Of a DNA stretch of 64,000 bases, positions 1 through 6,368 are shown piece by piece (positions within the stretch are counted from its first letter, which is position 1; each line of letters opens with the position of its first letter). The notes beneath the pieces were generated by a model. That model made no database searches, was not told the DNA's origin, and was given only the letters and a program-made list of their open reading frames with translations. The translations under genes and the position numbers were made by a program. Source of the stretch: a virus; the IMG/VR virus record IMGVR_UViG_3300035564_000075, positions 1 through 64,000 of that record; one strand, written 5' to 3'.

Positions 1-21
1 CCAATCTCCCCATGAAAAATC

Positions 22-31
22 GTGATATAAT
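22..31 (+). promoter_or_regulatory. extended -10 promoter element upstream of tRNA array
   Basis: GTGATATAAT (TGnTATAAT). Confidence 0.5.
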
Positions 32-85
32 TGTAGTGGTTATGAGCCTGCTCTACTTGCACTTTAACAACTGAAATGCCAACTA

Positions 86-158
86 GCCTTTGAAGCACAT
101 TTGGATGTGCGCCCGTTCCGTAAACGGGAGGTAGTCCGTTCGAATCGGATCATTGGCT
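86..158 (+). tRNA. tRNA-Thr(CGT)
   Basis: anticodon arm cccgt-tcCGTaa-acggg; GTTCGAAT T-loop; two U.U mismatches in acceptor; C33, A8. Confidence 0.8.
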
Positions 159-235
159 CATAGTTTCTTGCATCTATAAAATGCAAGTGGTGGACTCTCC
201 CATGAGCATCAAATTTATGCCCAATTTGGTGTCTT

Positions 236-574
236 ATGTACCAATGTGATTGGTGTGGAGAATTCTTTGATCGTAGAAGGCATGGAAAGAAATCTGTATT
301 CGTTTTTTGTTCAAGAGTATGCAAGGAAAAAGCCCAGTCCATAGAAGGTGGAGACAAGTTCTCTTCCATGCGACCTCATCATTATGGAAATGGGAATTAT
401 CAATACAGACGAAGGGCATTTAGACATTATGGTGCAAAGTGCAATAGATGTGGATATTCCGAAAATGTGAAAGCCTTGCAGGTGCATCACAAAGATGGAA
501 ATCATCAGAACGGTCACATTGAAAATCTAGAAGTGCTTTGTGCTAATTGTCACGCAATTGAAACATGGGCCTAA
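236..574 (+). CDS. HNH endonuclease
   Basis: CxxC pairs and LQVHHKDGN...NLEVLCANCH HNH motif. Confidence 0.9.
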   Translation: MYQCDWCGEFFDRRRHGKKSVFVFCSRVCKEKAQSIEGGDKFSSMRPHHYGNGNYQYRRRAFRHYGAKCNRCGYSENVKALQVHHKDGNHQNGHIENLEVLCANCHAIETWA

Positions 575-639
575 GTTGTTGGTGGGTGGCATAATGCTCC
601 TGCAAAGCGTAGGATAGGGTTCAACTCCCTATAGGTCCA
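567..639 (+). tRNA. tRNA-Ala(TGC)
   Basis: acceptor gggccta/taggtcc with G3.U70 Ala identity pair; loop ccTGCaa; overlaps HNH stop. Confidence 0.8.
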
Positions 640-644
640 CCTAT

Positions 645-718
645 GCGGTTCTGTCCATTAGGGACAAGCAATCTTCTCTTGCGGGAAGAGTCTGGTTGAA
701 CACCAGAGAGCCGCACCA
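645..718 (+). tRNA. degenerate tRNA-like gene (TTC-centred loop, encoded CCA)
   Basis: acceptor gcggttc/gagccgc + A-CCA; T arm tctgg-ttgaaca-ccaga; atypical all-pyrimidine loop tcTTCtc. Confidence 0.55.
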
Positions 719-789
719 GCGGGTATGATATATTGGCAGTGTCGTACTCCTCCAAAGTACTGAAAAGGGTTCGATTCCCTTTACCCGCA
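719..789 (+). tRNA. tRNA-Gly(TCC)
   Basis: gcgggta/tacccgc; gtact-ccTCCaa-agtac; C33. Confidence 0.9.
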
Positions 790-794
790 CCTAT

Positions 795-865
795 GGCCGC
801 TAGTCCGACTGGCTAGGAGATCCTCCGCAAAAGGATCGTGATCGGTTCGAATCCGATAGTGGCCT
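795..865 (+). tRNA. tRNA-Cys(GCA)
   Basis: atcct-ccGCAaa-aggat; U73 discriminator; C33. Confidence 0.88.
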
Positions 866-967
866 CTTGAGCTAGGTTTCACTTCCTTTCCCTAGCTCAA
901 TTCGACCTCCTTTCTAAAAGTGGATGGGGTGGTTACATTGCCCTCAGTGTTTGGCCCCATCCACCAT

Positions 968-1039
968 GCCTCTGTAACTCAATGGCAGAGTAATCGCCCC
1001 TTAAGCGAGAAGTTGACGGTTCAAGTCCGTCCAGTGGCA
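968..1039 (+). tRNA. tRNA-Lys(CTT)
   Basis: tcgc-ccCTTaa-gcga; C33. Confidence 0.88.
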
Positions 1040-1140
1040 CTAACCGTTGGTCTCCATCGTGAATGGGCGGGAGACATCTGGAGGGGCACGCCGCGGAGTG
1101 CAGCCAAGCCCCTGAATAAATCTGCATCCCCCATTCATAT

Positions 1141-1213
1141 GCTTCTCTAGCTCAATGGATAGAGTAGCCGCCCTCTAAGCGGTTGGTTCAGGGTCCGAGT
1201 CCCTGGAGGAGCG
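1141..1213 (+). tRNA. tRNA-Arg(TCT)
   Basis: gccgc-ccTCTaa-gcggt; T-loop GTCCGA; C33, C55. Confidence 0.9.
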
Positions 1214-1337
1214 CCTATGGAAAGAGTCTGGGTAGCACCCTTGACCGTCTGGTATCAGATAGACTGAAGAGCACTTCTTCCTTTCCTGCGTCACCTGCTA
1301 TAAGTGGTGAGACCTGGGCGACGCGTTCGCTACCAAT

Positions 1338-1413
1338 GCTTCTGTAGCTCAACGGTCAGAGCGCTTGTCCTACACACAAGATGTTGGTGGTTCGAATCCA
1401 CTCAGATGCACCA
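1338..1413 (+). tRNA. tRNA-Val(TAC)
   Basis: cttgt-ccTACac-acaag; encoded CCA; C33. Confidence 0.9.
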
Positions 1414-1487
1414 AGGAATAATCAGGCTTACTAAATATCATAATATGGCAACGTTCTGAATACGTTGCGCCCATGGTTATTCCACGC

Positions 1488-1559
1488 TGCGCGGTAGAGT
1501 ACTGGTAACTCAGAGGTCCCATAAACCTCGGTATGTGGGTTCGAATCCCACCCTCGCAA
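1488..1559 (+). tRNA. tRNA-Met(CAT)
   Basis: gaggt-ccCATaa-acctc; initiator-like 5' end but no GGG/CCC anticodon stem; C33. Confidence 0.85.
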
Positions 1560-1564
1560 CCTTT

Positions 1565-1648
1565 GCCCTCCTGCTGGAATTGGTAGACAAGGACGCCCTA
1601 AAAGCGTTCGCCTTAATCGGCGTGAGGGTCCGAGTCCCTCGGTGGGCA
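1565..1648 (+). tRNA. tRNA-Leu(TAA)
   Basis: long variable arm; gacgc-ccTAAaa-gcgtt; C33, C55. Confidence 0.9.
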
Positions 1649-1716
1649 CCTGGAGGCAAGAATGATACTTGCAATCCTGTTCTGGACAATCTGTATACTA
1701 TTTGATAGGAGATCAT

Positions 1717-2715
1717 ATGGGAACAAAAAAGATAGAACATCTCGTGAATCATATCGTATTGGTGCTTGATGGTAGTGGCAGTATGAGAGGACAGCCAGTT
1801 GAAGCGGTTGTCGATCGTGAAATAGATAACCTGAAACAACGTTCTGTGGATCTGAATCAGGAAACTCGCATCTCCATCTATCTCTTCAATACCAAGGTTG
1901 AGAATCTTGTCTTTGACATGGATGTAATGAGATTCAAGACTCTGCGTGGTCTTTATGATGCAGATGGGCAAACTGCCCTAATTGATGCAACCATGAAGGG
2001 TCTTGGAGACCACCAGCACATTCCGGAACTATACGATGACCATGCTTTTCTTGCTTATGTCATCACTGATGGTCAAGAGAATGCAAGTGTACACAGATCT
2101 GGTGAACTTGCAACCATGATCGAGAACCTTCCGGATAACTGGACTGTAGCATGTTTGGTTCCAGATGCAAATGGTGAATACGAAGCCAAGAAGTTTGGTT
2201 TTCCTGCTGGCTCAATCGCCAAATGGGATACTCATTCTGCAAAGGGCTTCGAGGAAGTTGGAAAGCAGTTCACTACTGTAACCAGCAACTACATGACCAT
2301 GCGTGCCTCTGGTGTGAGATCCACAAAGGGTCTATTCACTCTTGACTCTAAGGGATTGCACAAGTCTGACCTGAAACCAATCGATTTCAGTTACCAGATC
2401 TACAACATTCTGCATGATGGCAGAATTGACGAAGCTGTAGAGGATCTTACTGGTCGCAGATATGTTCCTGGCAGCACTTTCTATCAACCAATGAAAGCTG
2501 TGAAGATTCAGGACTACAAAGAGATCCTTGTGCAGAATGTGAAGAGTGGAATTGTTTATAGCGGAGAGAATATCCGTCAGTTGCTTGGATTGCCTTCCCA
2601 GACCGTGGAAGTGAATCCTGGACAGCATAAAGACTGGAAGATCTTCGTGCAAAGTACATCCTTGAACCGCAAACTGTTTGCGGGAACTCAGATCCTAGTG
2701 AGGATGGACTACTAA
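1717..2715 (+). CDS. von Willebrand factor type A (vWA) domain protein
   Basis: MIDAS motif LDGSGSM, T-AL, ITDGQEN; AGGAG RBS before ATG at 1717. Confidence 0.85.
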   Translation: MGTKKIEHLVNHIVLVLDGSGSMRGQPVEAVVDREIDNLKQRSVDLNQETRISIYLFNTKVENLVFDMDVMRFKTLRGLYDADGQTALIDATMKGLGDHQHIPELYDDHAFLAYVITDGQENASVHRSGELATMIENLPDNWTVACLVPDANGEYEAKKFGFPAGSIAKWDTHSAKGFEEVGKQFTTVTSNYMTMRASGVRSTKGLFTLDSKGLHKSDLKPIDFSYQIYNILHDGRIDEAVEDLTGRRYVPGSTFYQPMKAVKIQDYKEILVQNVKSGIVYSGENIRQLLGLPSQTVEVNPGQHKDWKIFVQSTSLNRKLFAGTQILVRMDY

Positions 2716-2791
2716 TTTACGATAACGCGCCGCAGGTAAGCGGCTAGTGCCGACCGCATGAAATAGAAACGGACTTACCTCCGTAGGCCAT

Positions 2792-2873
2792 CGCAATGTG
2801 GTGGAACTGGTAGACACACCTGCCCTAGGAGCAGACGACTACGGTCGTGGAGGTTCGAGTCCTCTCATTGCGA
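2792..2873 (+). tRNA. tRNA-Leu(TAG)
   Basis: ctgc-ccTAGga-gcag; variable arm; C33. Confidence 0.9.
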
Positions 2874-2952
2874 CAAACCCAATAAACGGGGACTGTTTGT
2901 AGGCTTCATAGTAACGGCCAGTGCACTGGTGTCGTAGCGTAGAAACCCTCAT

Positions 2953-3025
2953 CGCTCCGTAGCTCAATTGGCAGAGCAACAGACTTTTAATCTGGAGGTT
3001 GGGAGATCGTTGCTCCCCGAGGCGA
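2953..3025 (+). tRNA. tRNA-Lys(TTT)
   Basis: caga-ctTTTaa-tctg; atypical T-loop atcgttg. Confidence 0.85.
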
Positions 3026-3029
3026 CAAT

Positions 3030-3113
3030 GGAGTGCTGGCGTAACGGCTATCGCAGTGGTTCGCTAAACCACCCAACCGCAAGGTTGTCCGAGTCCGAAT
3101 CTCGGGCGCTCCG
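3030..3113 (+). tRNA. tRNA-Ser(GCT)
   Basis: gtggt-tcGCTaa-accac; long variable arm; C33, C55. Confidence 0.9.
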
Positions 3114-3118
3114 CCTAT

Positions 3119-3191
3119 GCTGGTGAAGCACATTCGGATGTGTGCCTTCTTGGTAAGAAGGTGGCAGTGAGTTCGAATCTCACCACTAGCT
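3119..3191 (+). tRNA. tRNA-Thr(GGT)
   Basis: ccttc-ttGGTaa-gaagg; A8. Confidence 0.9.
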
Positions 3192-3251
3192 CTCTGACGG
3201 TGCAAGGTCCACCCCAAGCCCTTGCCGATCCCAAGGGGTCCGTCAGCCCAC

Positions 3252-3325
3252 GCCGACAAAGCTCATATTGGATGAGCAAGCGCCCTGTAAGCGCAAGGTA
3301 GAGAGTTCGAATCTCTCTGTTGGCT
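3252..3325 (+). tRNA. tRNA-Thr(TGT)
   Basis: gcgc-ccTGTaa-gcgc; C33, A8. Confidence 0.88.
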
Positions 3326-3329
3326 CTAT

Positions 3330-3413
3330 GGAAGCGTGGGGTAATGGCTATCCCTCCTGTCCTGAAAACAGACCAGCCGCAAGGCTGTGCGCGTTCGAGT
3401 CGCGCCGCTTCCG
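3330..3413 (+). tRNA. tRNA-Ser(TGA)
   Basis: ctgt-ccTGAaa-acag; long variable arm; C33. Confidence 0.9.
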
Positions 3414-3580
3414 CCTTGGGCATATTTGCTCCTGATGCATGCTGTTGGAGATTTGCCCAGAATAGGGTGGCACCTACCCCGTAGTCTCTTGGTGTAGTAG
3501 CAGCTAGCTCTGCTTACTGCCAGGGTAAGGCTTAGATGAAAGTGGCGTTCTACTCCCCGAGGAGAGGCTCGGGCTAAACT

Positions 3581-3653
3581 GCCCCTGTAGCTCAATGGAT
3601 TAGAGCACTGGTCCACGGAACCAGTAATCCGAGTTCGAGTCTCGGTAGAGGCG
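3581..3653 (+). tRNA. tRNA-Arg(ACG)
   Basis: ctggt-ccACGga-accag; C33. Confidence 0.9.
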
Positions 3654-3711
3654 CTAGCTCATGTACCATGTGTACAAGGAGTAACGGAATTCCTACTAGG
3701 AATTCCAGCTT

Positions 3712-3794
3712 GCAGATGTGACGGAACCGGCATACGTGTCTGCCTCAAAACCAGATGTGCGATGCACACGGGAGTTCGAATCTCCCCATCTGCA
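3712..3794 (+). tRNA. tRNA-Leu(CAA)
   Basis: loop ctCAAaa; variable arm; acceptor gcagatg/catctgc. Confidence 0.9.
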
Positions 3795-3798
3795 CTAT

Positions 3799-3879
3799 GC
3801 GTGGGTTGGACAGGTGGTGAGTCCCCCTGACTGTAGATCAGGAGCCTCGGCTGTGGGAGTTCGATTCTCTCCTCACGCA
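3799..3879 (+). tRNA. tRNA-Tyr(GTA)
   Basis: cctga-ctGTAga-tcagg. Confidence 0.9.
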
Positions 3880-3969
3880 CAATCGGCAATGGCAAAAGTG
3901 AGTTCCTAATTCTGGCGGTAAGGATAACGCTCTACGGTCCTGGGAAAACCTATCACTCCATTGCCGTAT

Positions 3970-4042
3970 GCGCCTGTAGCTCAACGGACTGAGCAAGTGT
4001 TTCCTAAACACTAGGTTATGGGTTCAAATCCCATCAGACGCT
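3970..4042 (+). tRNA. tRNA-Arg(CCT)
   Basis: agtgt-ttCCTaa-acact. Confidence 0.9.
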
Positions 4043-4081
4043 CTTGGCATGCTGGACCTGAAATCCAGCCTCTGCCAACTT

Positions 4082-4159
4082 CCTCCGGTATGTCTCAATG
4101 GTTAGAGCAACTGTCTTATGAGCAGCGAGTTGGAGGTTCGACTCCTCCACGGAGGACCA
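4082..4159 (+). tRNA. tRNA-Ile(TAT)
   Basis: ctgt-ctTATga-gcag; T arm ggagg-ttcgact-cctcc; encoded CCA. Confidence 0.75.
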
Positions 4160-4812
4160 TGCTAAAGTATTTGATTTGTTCCGTACAGAGAAGCGGAAGC
4201 AACTTGCTGTGTGATTACTTGAAGAATACGAATGTCCTAGGAAATCCATTAGAGATGTTCAATCCACAAGGACCTAATGAGGGCTTCTACTTCACAGATG
4301 ATCATATAAGGCACATGATAGAAACAGATTCGCATGATGGTATTTTTGGTGCGAAAGTGATGTTCGATCAGGTAGTGTCTTATATAGGAACAAGAAGTTT
4401 CAATAGAATGTTTCATCATTCGAGGTTCGTCTTCATTCGAAGACAGGATAAGGTAGAACAAGCAATATCATTGTCCAGGGCAATGCAAACAGGAAGTTGG
4501 ATGGGCACACAAGAACCAACAATAGTTCCTGAATACAAATTCTGGCACATTCTCACCTGTCAGTATCTGATATATATGCAGGAAAGAGGATGGACACGTT
4601 TCTTTGAAGAGTATAAAGTTCCACATATAACAGTATGGTATGAGGACCTGCAACAAAACCCAGATGAGCAGTTGAATATAGTTACCTCATATATTCTATC
4701 AACAAAGACGAGTCTTAGCGCAGTAACAGATATGAAAATACAGCGCGATTCGCTAACAGAGATGTGGAAAGAACAGTTCAGCAAGGATCTAACAGAGAAG
4801 ATAAAAATATGA
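4159..4812 (+). CDS. Stf0-family (PAPS-dependent) sulfotransferase
   Basis: YLICSVQRSGSNLL P-loop, RRQDKVEQAISL motif, YEDL; probable start at MLKY (4159). Confidence 0.8.
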   Translation: MLKYLICSVQRSGSNLLCDYLKNTNVLGNPLEMFNPQGPNEGFYFTDDHIRHMIETDSHDGIFGAKVMFDQVVSYIGTRSFNRMFHHSRFVFIRRQDKVEQAISLSRAMQTGSWMGTQEPTIVPEYKFWHILTCQYLIYMQERGWTRFFEEYKVPHITVWYEDLQQNPDEQLNIVTSYILSTKTSLSAVTDMKIQRDSLTEMWKEQFSKDLTEKIKI

Positions 4813-5000
4813 TCATAAAACGTGTAAAAGCAATTTTAGCATATGTCTTTGGAAGGATTTTCATCTTCTTCTGGGTAATGTGCGCCAAGATGGATTTTTC
4901 GTCTGCTTTCAATACCTTGACTAGCATGGCAGACAATCTTAGAAGGATGGAACAACAACAAGACATACAAGAAAATTATAATAAGGTCATGCGGGAATAG
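4809..5000 (+). CDS. small membrane-associated hypothetical protein
   Basis: ATGA overlap with sulfotransferase stop; hydrophobic N-terminal segment; stop inside tRNA-Gly. Confidence 0.55.
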   Translation: MIIKRVKAILAYVFGRIFIFFWVMCAKMDFSSAFNTLTSMADNLRRMEQQQDIQENYNKVMRE

Positions 5001-5063
5001 CTCAATCGGTGGAGCGTCTTTCTGCCAAGAAGAAGGTTGCGAGTCCGAGTCTCGCTTTCCGCA
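4991..5063 (+). tRNA. tRNA-Gly(GCC)
   Basis: tcttt-ctGCCaa-gaaga; C55. Confidence 0.9.
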
Positions 5064-5067
5064 CTAT

Positions 5068-5140
5068 GCTGGACTGGCGCAATGGTCAGCGCAATCGTCT
5101 GATAAGCGATAGGTTCTCCGTCCAAGTCGGAGGTTCAGCA
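5068..5140 (+). tRNA. tRNA-Ile(GAT)
   Basis: atcgt-ctGATaa-gcgat; C55. Confidence 0.9.
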
Positions 5141-5250
5141 CTATGCTGGTAGTGGCTAATAAATGTGAGTGAGTCTTCAATGCAAGAAGATTCCGCCACG
5201 AGGGTGATCCTGCAGCGCACAGGCCCAACATTCCGCCCTCACCAGCACAT

Positions 5251-5322
5251 GCAACCGTAGTCCAGCGGTTAAGACGGTGGCCCCTCAAGCCTCCGACCCG
5301 AGTTCGATCCTCGGCGGTTGCA
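5251..5322 (+). tRNA. tRNA-Glu(CTC)
   Basis: ggc-ccCTCaa-gcc; acceptor gcaaccg/cggttgc; C33. Confidence 0.88.
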
Positions 5323-5337
5323 CCTAGGAGAGCAAAC

Positions 5338-5487
5338 ATGTTCAGATGTAGATCCTGTTCTGCTGATTGTTTTGGTATGTCGCACGATCATGGCAAGTTT
5401 GGTTGTATCTATTGCCATTGTAGAAAGACAGAAGAACAGGTCGAACTGGAAGGAGAGCCTCCAAGTTCGTATGCCCTTGTCGTCTAG
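5338..5487 (+). CDS. 49-aa Cys/His-rich putative zinc-binding protein (not in ORF track)
   Basis: AGGAG RBS; MFRCRSCSADCFGMSHDHGKFGCIYCHCRKTEEQVELEGEPPSSYALVV*. Confidence 0.6.
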   Translation: MFRCRSCSADCFGMSHDHGKFGCIYCHCRKTEEQVELEGEPPSSYALVV

Positions 5488-5544
5488 CGGCCAGGACGTA
5501 AGCCTTTCAAGCTTGCAAGCAGAGTTCGAGTCTCTGCAAGGGCA
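5473..5544 (+). tRNA. tRNA-Glu(TTC)
   Basis: taagc-ctTTCaa-gcttg. Confidence 0.9.
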
Positions 5545-5548
5545 CTAT

Positions 5549-5620
5549 TCACGAGTACCATAATGGAAGTGGGCACGACTGTTAATCGTGTACGTGGTGG
5601 TCCGACTCCACCCTCGTGAG
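5549..5620 (+). tRNA. tRNA-Asn(GTT)
   Basis: cacga-ctGTTaa-tcgtg; C55. Confidence 0.9.
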
Positions 5621-5624
5621 CTAT

Positions 5625-5697
5625 GGGATCATGGTCTAACGGCCCATGACGCTTCCCTGTCAAGGAAGTAGTGAGAGTTCGACCCTCTCTGGTCCCG
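5625..5697 (+). tRNA. tRNA-Asp(GTC)
   Basis: cttcc-ctGTCaa-ggaag. Confidence 0.9.
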
Positions 5698-5701
5698 CCT
5701 T

Positions 5702-5711
5702 GTGGTATAAT
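5702..5711 (+). promoter_or_regulatory. internal extended -10 promoter in tRNA array
   Basis: GTGGTATAAT ending 8 nt before tRNA-Trp. Confidence 0.55.
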
Positions 5712-5719
5712 GTACGTAT

Positions 5720-5791
5720 AGGTTGTTCGTCCAACGGCCAGGATAAGCGTCCCCAAAACGTTTGATGGGAGTTCGAATCTCTCACGACCTG
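5720..5791 (+). tRNA. tRNA-Trp(CCA)
   Basis: agcgt-ccCCAaa-acgtt; C33. Confidence 0.88.
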
Positions 5792-5801
5792 CCTTTCTTA
5801 T

Positions 5802-5875
5802 CTGGGATTAGCTCAGTCCGGTAGAGCACTGCGCCTGGGACGCAGGGGCCACAGGTCCAAATCCTGTATCTCAGA
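5802..5875 (+). tRNA. tRNA-Pro(TGG)
   Basis: ctgcg-ccTGGga-cgcag; C33, C55. Confidence 0.9.
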
Positions 5876-5879
5876 CTAT

Positions 5880-5951
5880 TGCCCCCTCATCTAACGGTAA
5901 GGATGGCTGGCCTTGAACCAGAGCATCGAGGTTCGAATCCTTGGGAGGCAG
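5880..5951 (+). tRNA. tRNA-Gln(TTG)
   Basis: ctgg-ccTTGaa-ccag; U1-A72; C33. Confidence 0.88.
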
Positions 5952-6004
5952 CTAGCTTGTCCTGCAGGCAAGCATGGACTAGACATCAACAGTGTCTAGT
6001 TTAT

Positions 6005-6076
6005 TGTCCCCTCGTCTAACGGTTAGGACCCCTGCCCCTGGAGCAGGGTATCGTAGTTCGAATCTACGGGAGACAG
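6005..6076 (+). tRNA. tRNA-Gln(CTG)
   Basis: cctgc-ccCTGga-gcagg; C33. Confidence 0.9.
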
Positions 6077-6081
6077 CCTTT

Positions 6082-6154
6082 GCCGCTTTAGCTCAGTTGG
6101 TAGAGCGCATGCCCGAAGAGCATGGCGTCGGCAGTCCGATTCTGTCAGGCGGCA
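6082..6154 (+). tRNA. tRNA-Phe(GAA)
   Basis: catgc-ccGAAga-gcatg; C33, C55. Confidence 0.9.
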
Positions 6155-6174
6155 CACGAATAATAGAGGAAAAT

Positions 6175-6357
6175 ATGAACTGTCCAAATTGTGGTAGAGT
6201 GATTTATGGTTTTTGGAAATATCCGGTAAGCTTGGCATGCAGTTGGAAATGCTTTCGTAGGCTTATTGCAGAAGGCAAGATCCCCAGAATAACCCCAGAA
6301 CGAAGTTATGAAGAACTTGGCATTTCAGCACCCAATAAGAAGGAAGAAAATTCCTAA
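6175..6357 (+). CDS. small zinc-finger protein
   Basis: GAGG RBS; MNCPNCG...ACSWKC. Confidence 0.65.
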   Translation: MNCPNCGRVIYGFWKYPVSLACSWKCFRRLIAEGKIPRITPERSYEELGISAPNKKEENS

Positions 6358-6368
6358 TAGGAAACTAT

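Noticed and set aside
567-639. Calling this tRNA Cys(GCA)
   Set aside because: A 5-bp stem with a 7-nt loop centres TGC, the G3.U70 pair indicates Ala, and a proper Cys lies at 795.
2717-2790. Hammerhead ribozyme
   Set aside because: GAAA is present but the CUGAnGA core is missing.
5326-5465. 6S RNA-like long hairpin
   Set aside because: Better explained by an RBS-led Cys-rich ORF; pairing is irregular and short for 6S.
1-6154. Most track ORFs overlapping the tRNA array, including N-terminal extensions at 1669, 4018 and 5992
   Set aside because: They run through or antisense to tRNA genes or promoter DNA; better starts lie at 1717, 4159 and 6175.
86-6154. Stop-codon reassignment or suppressor tRNAs
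   Set aside because: No CTA, TTA or TCA anticodons were seen (TAA, TAG and TGA anticodons are Leu and Ser), and genes are intact under the standard code.
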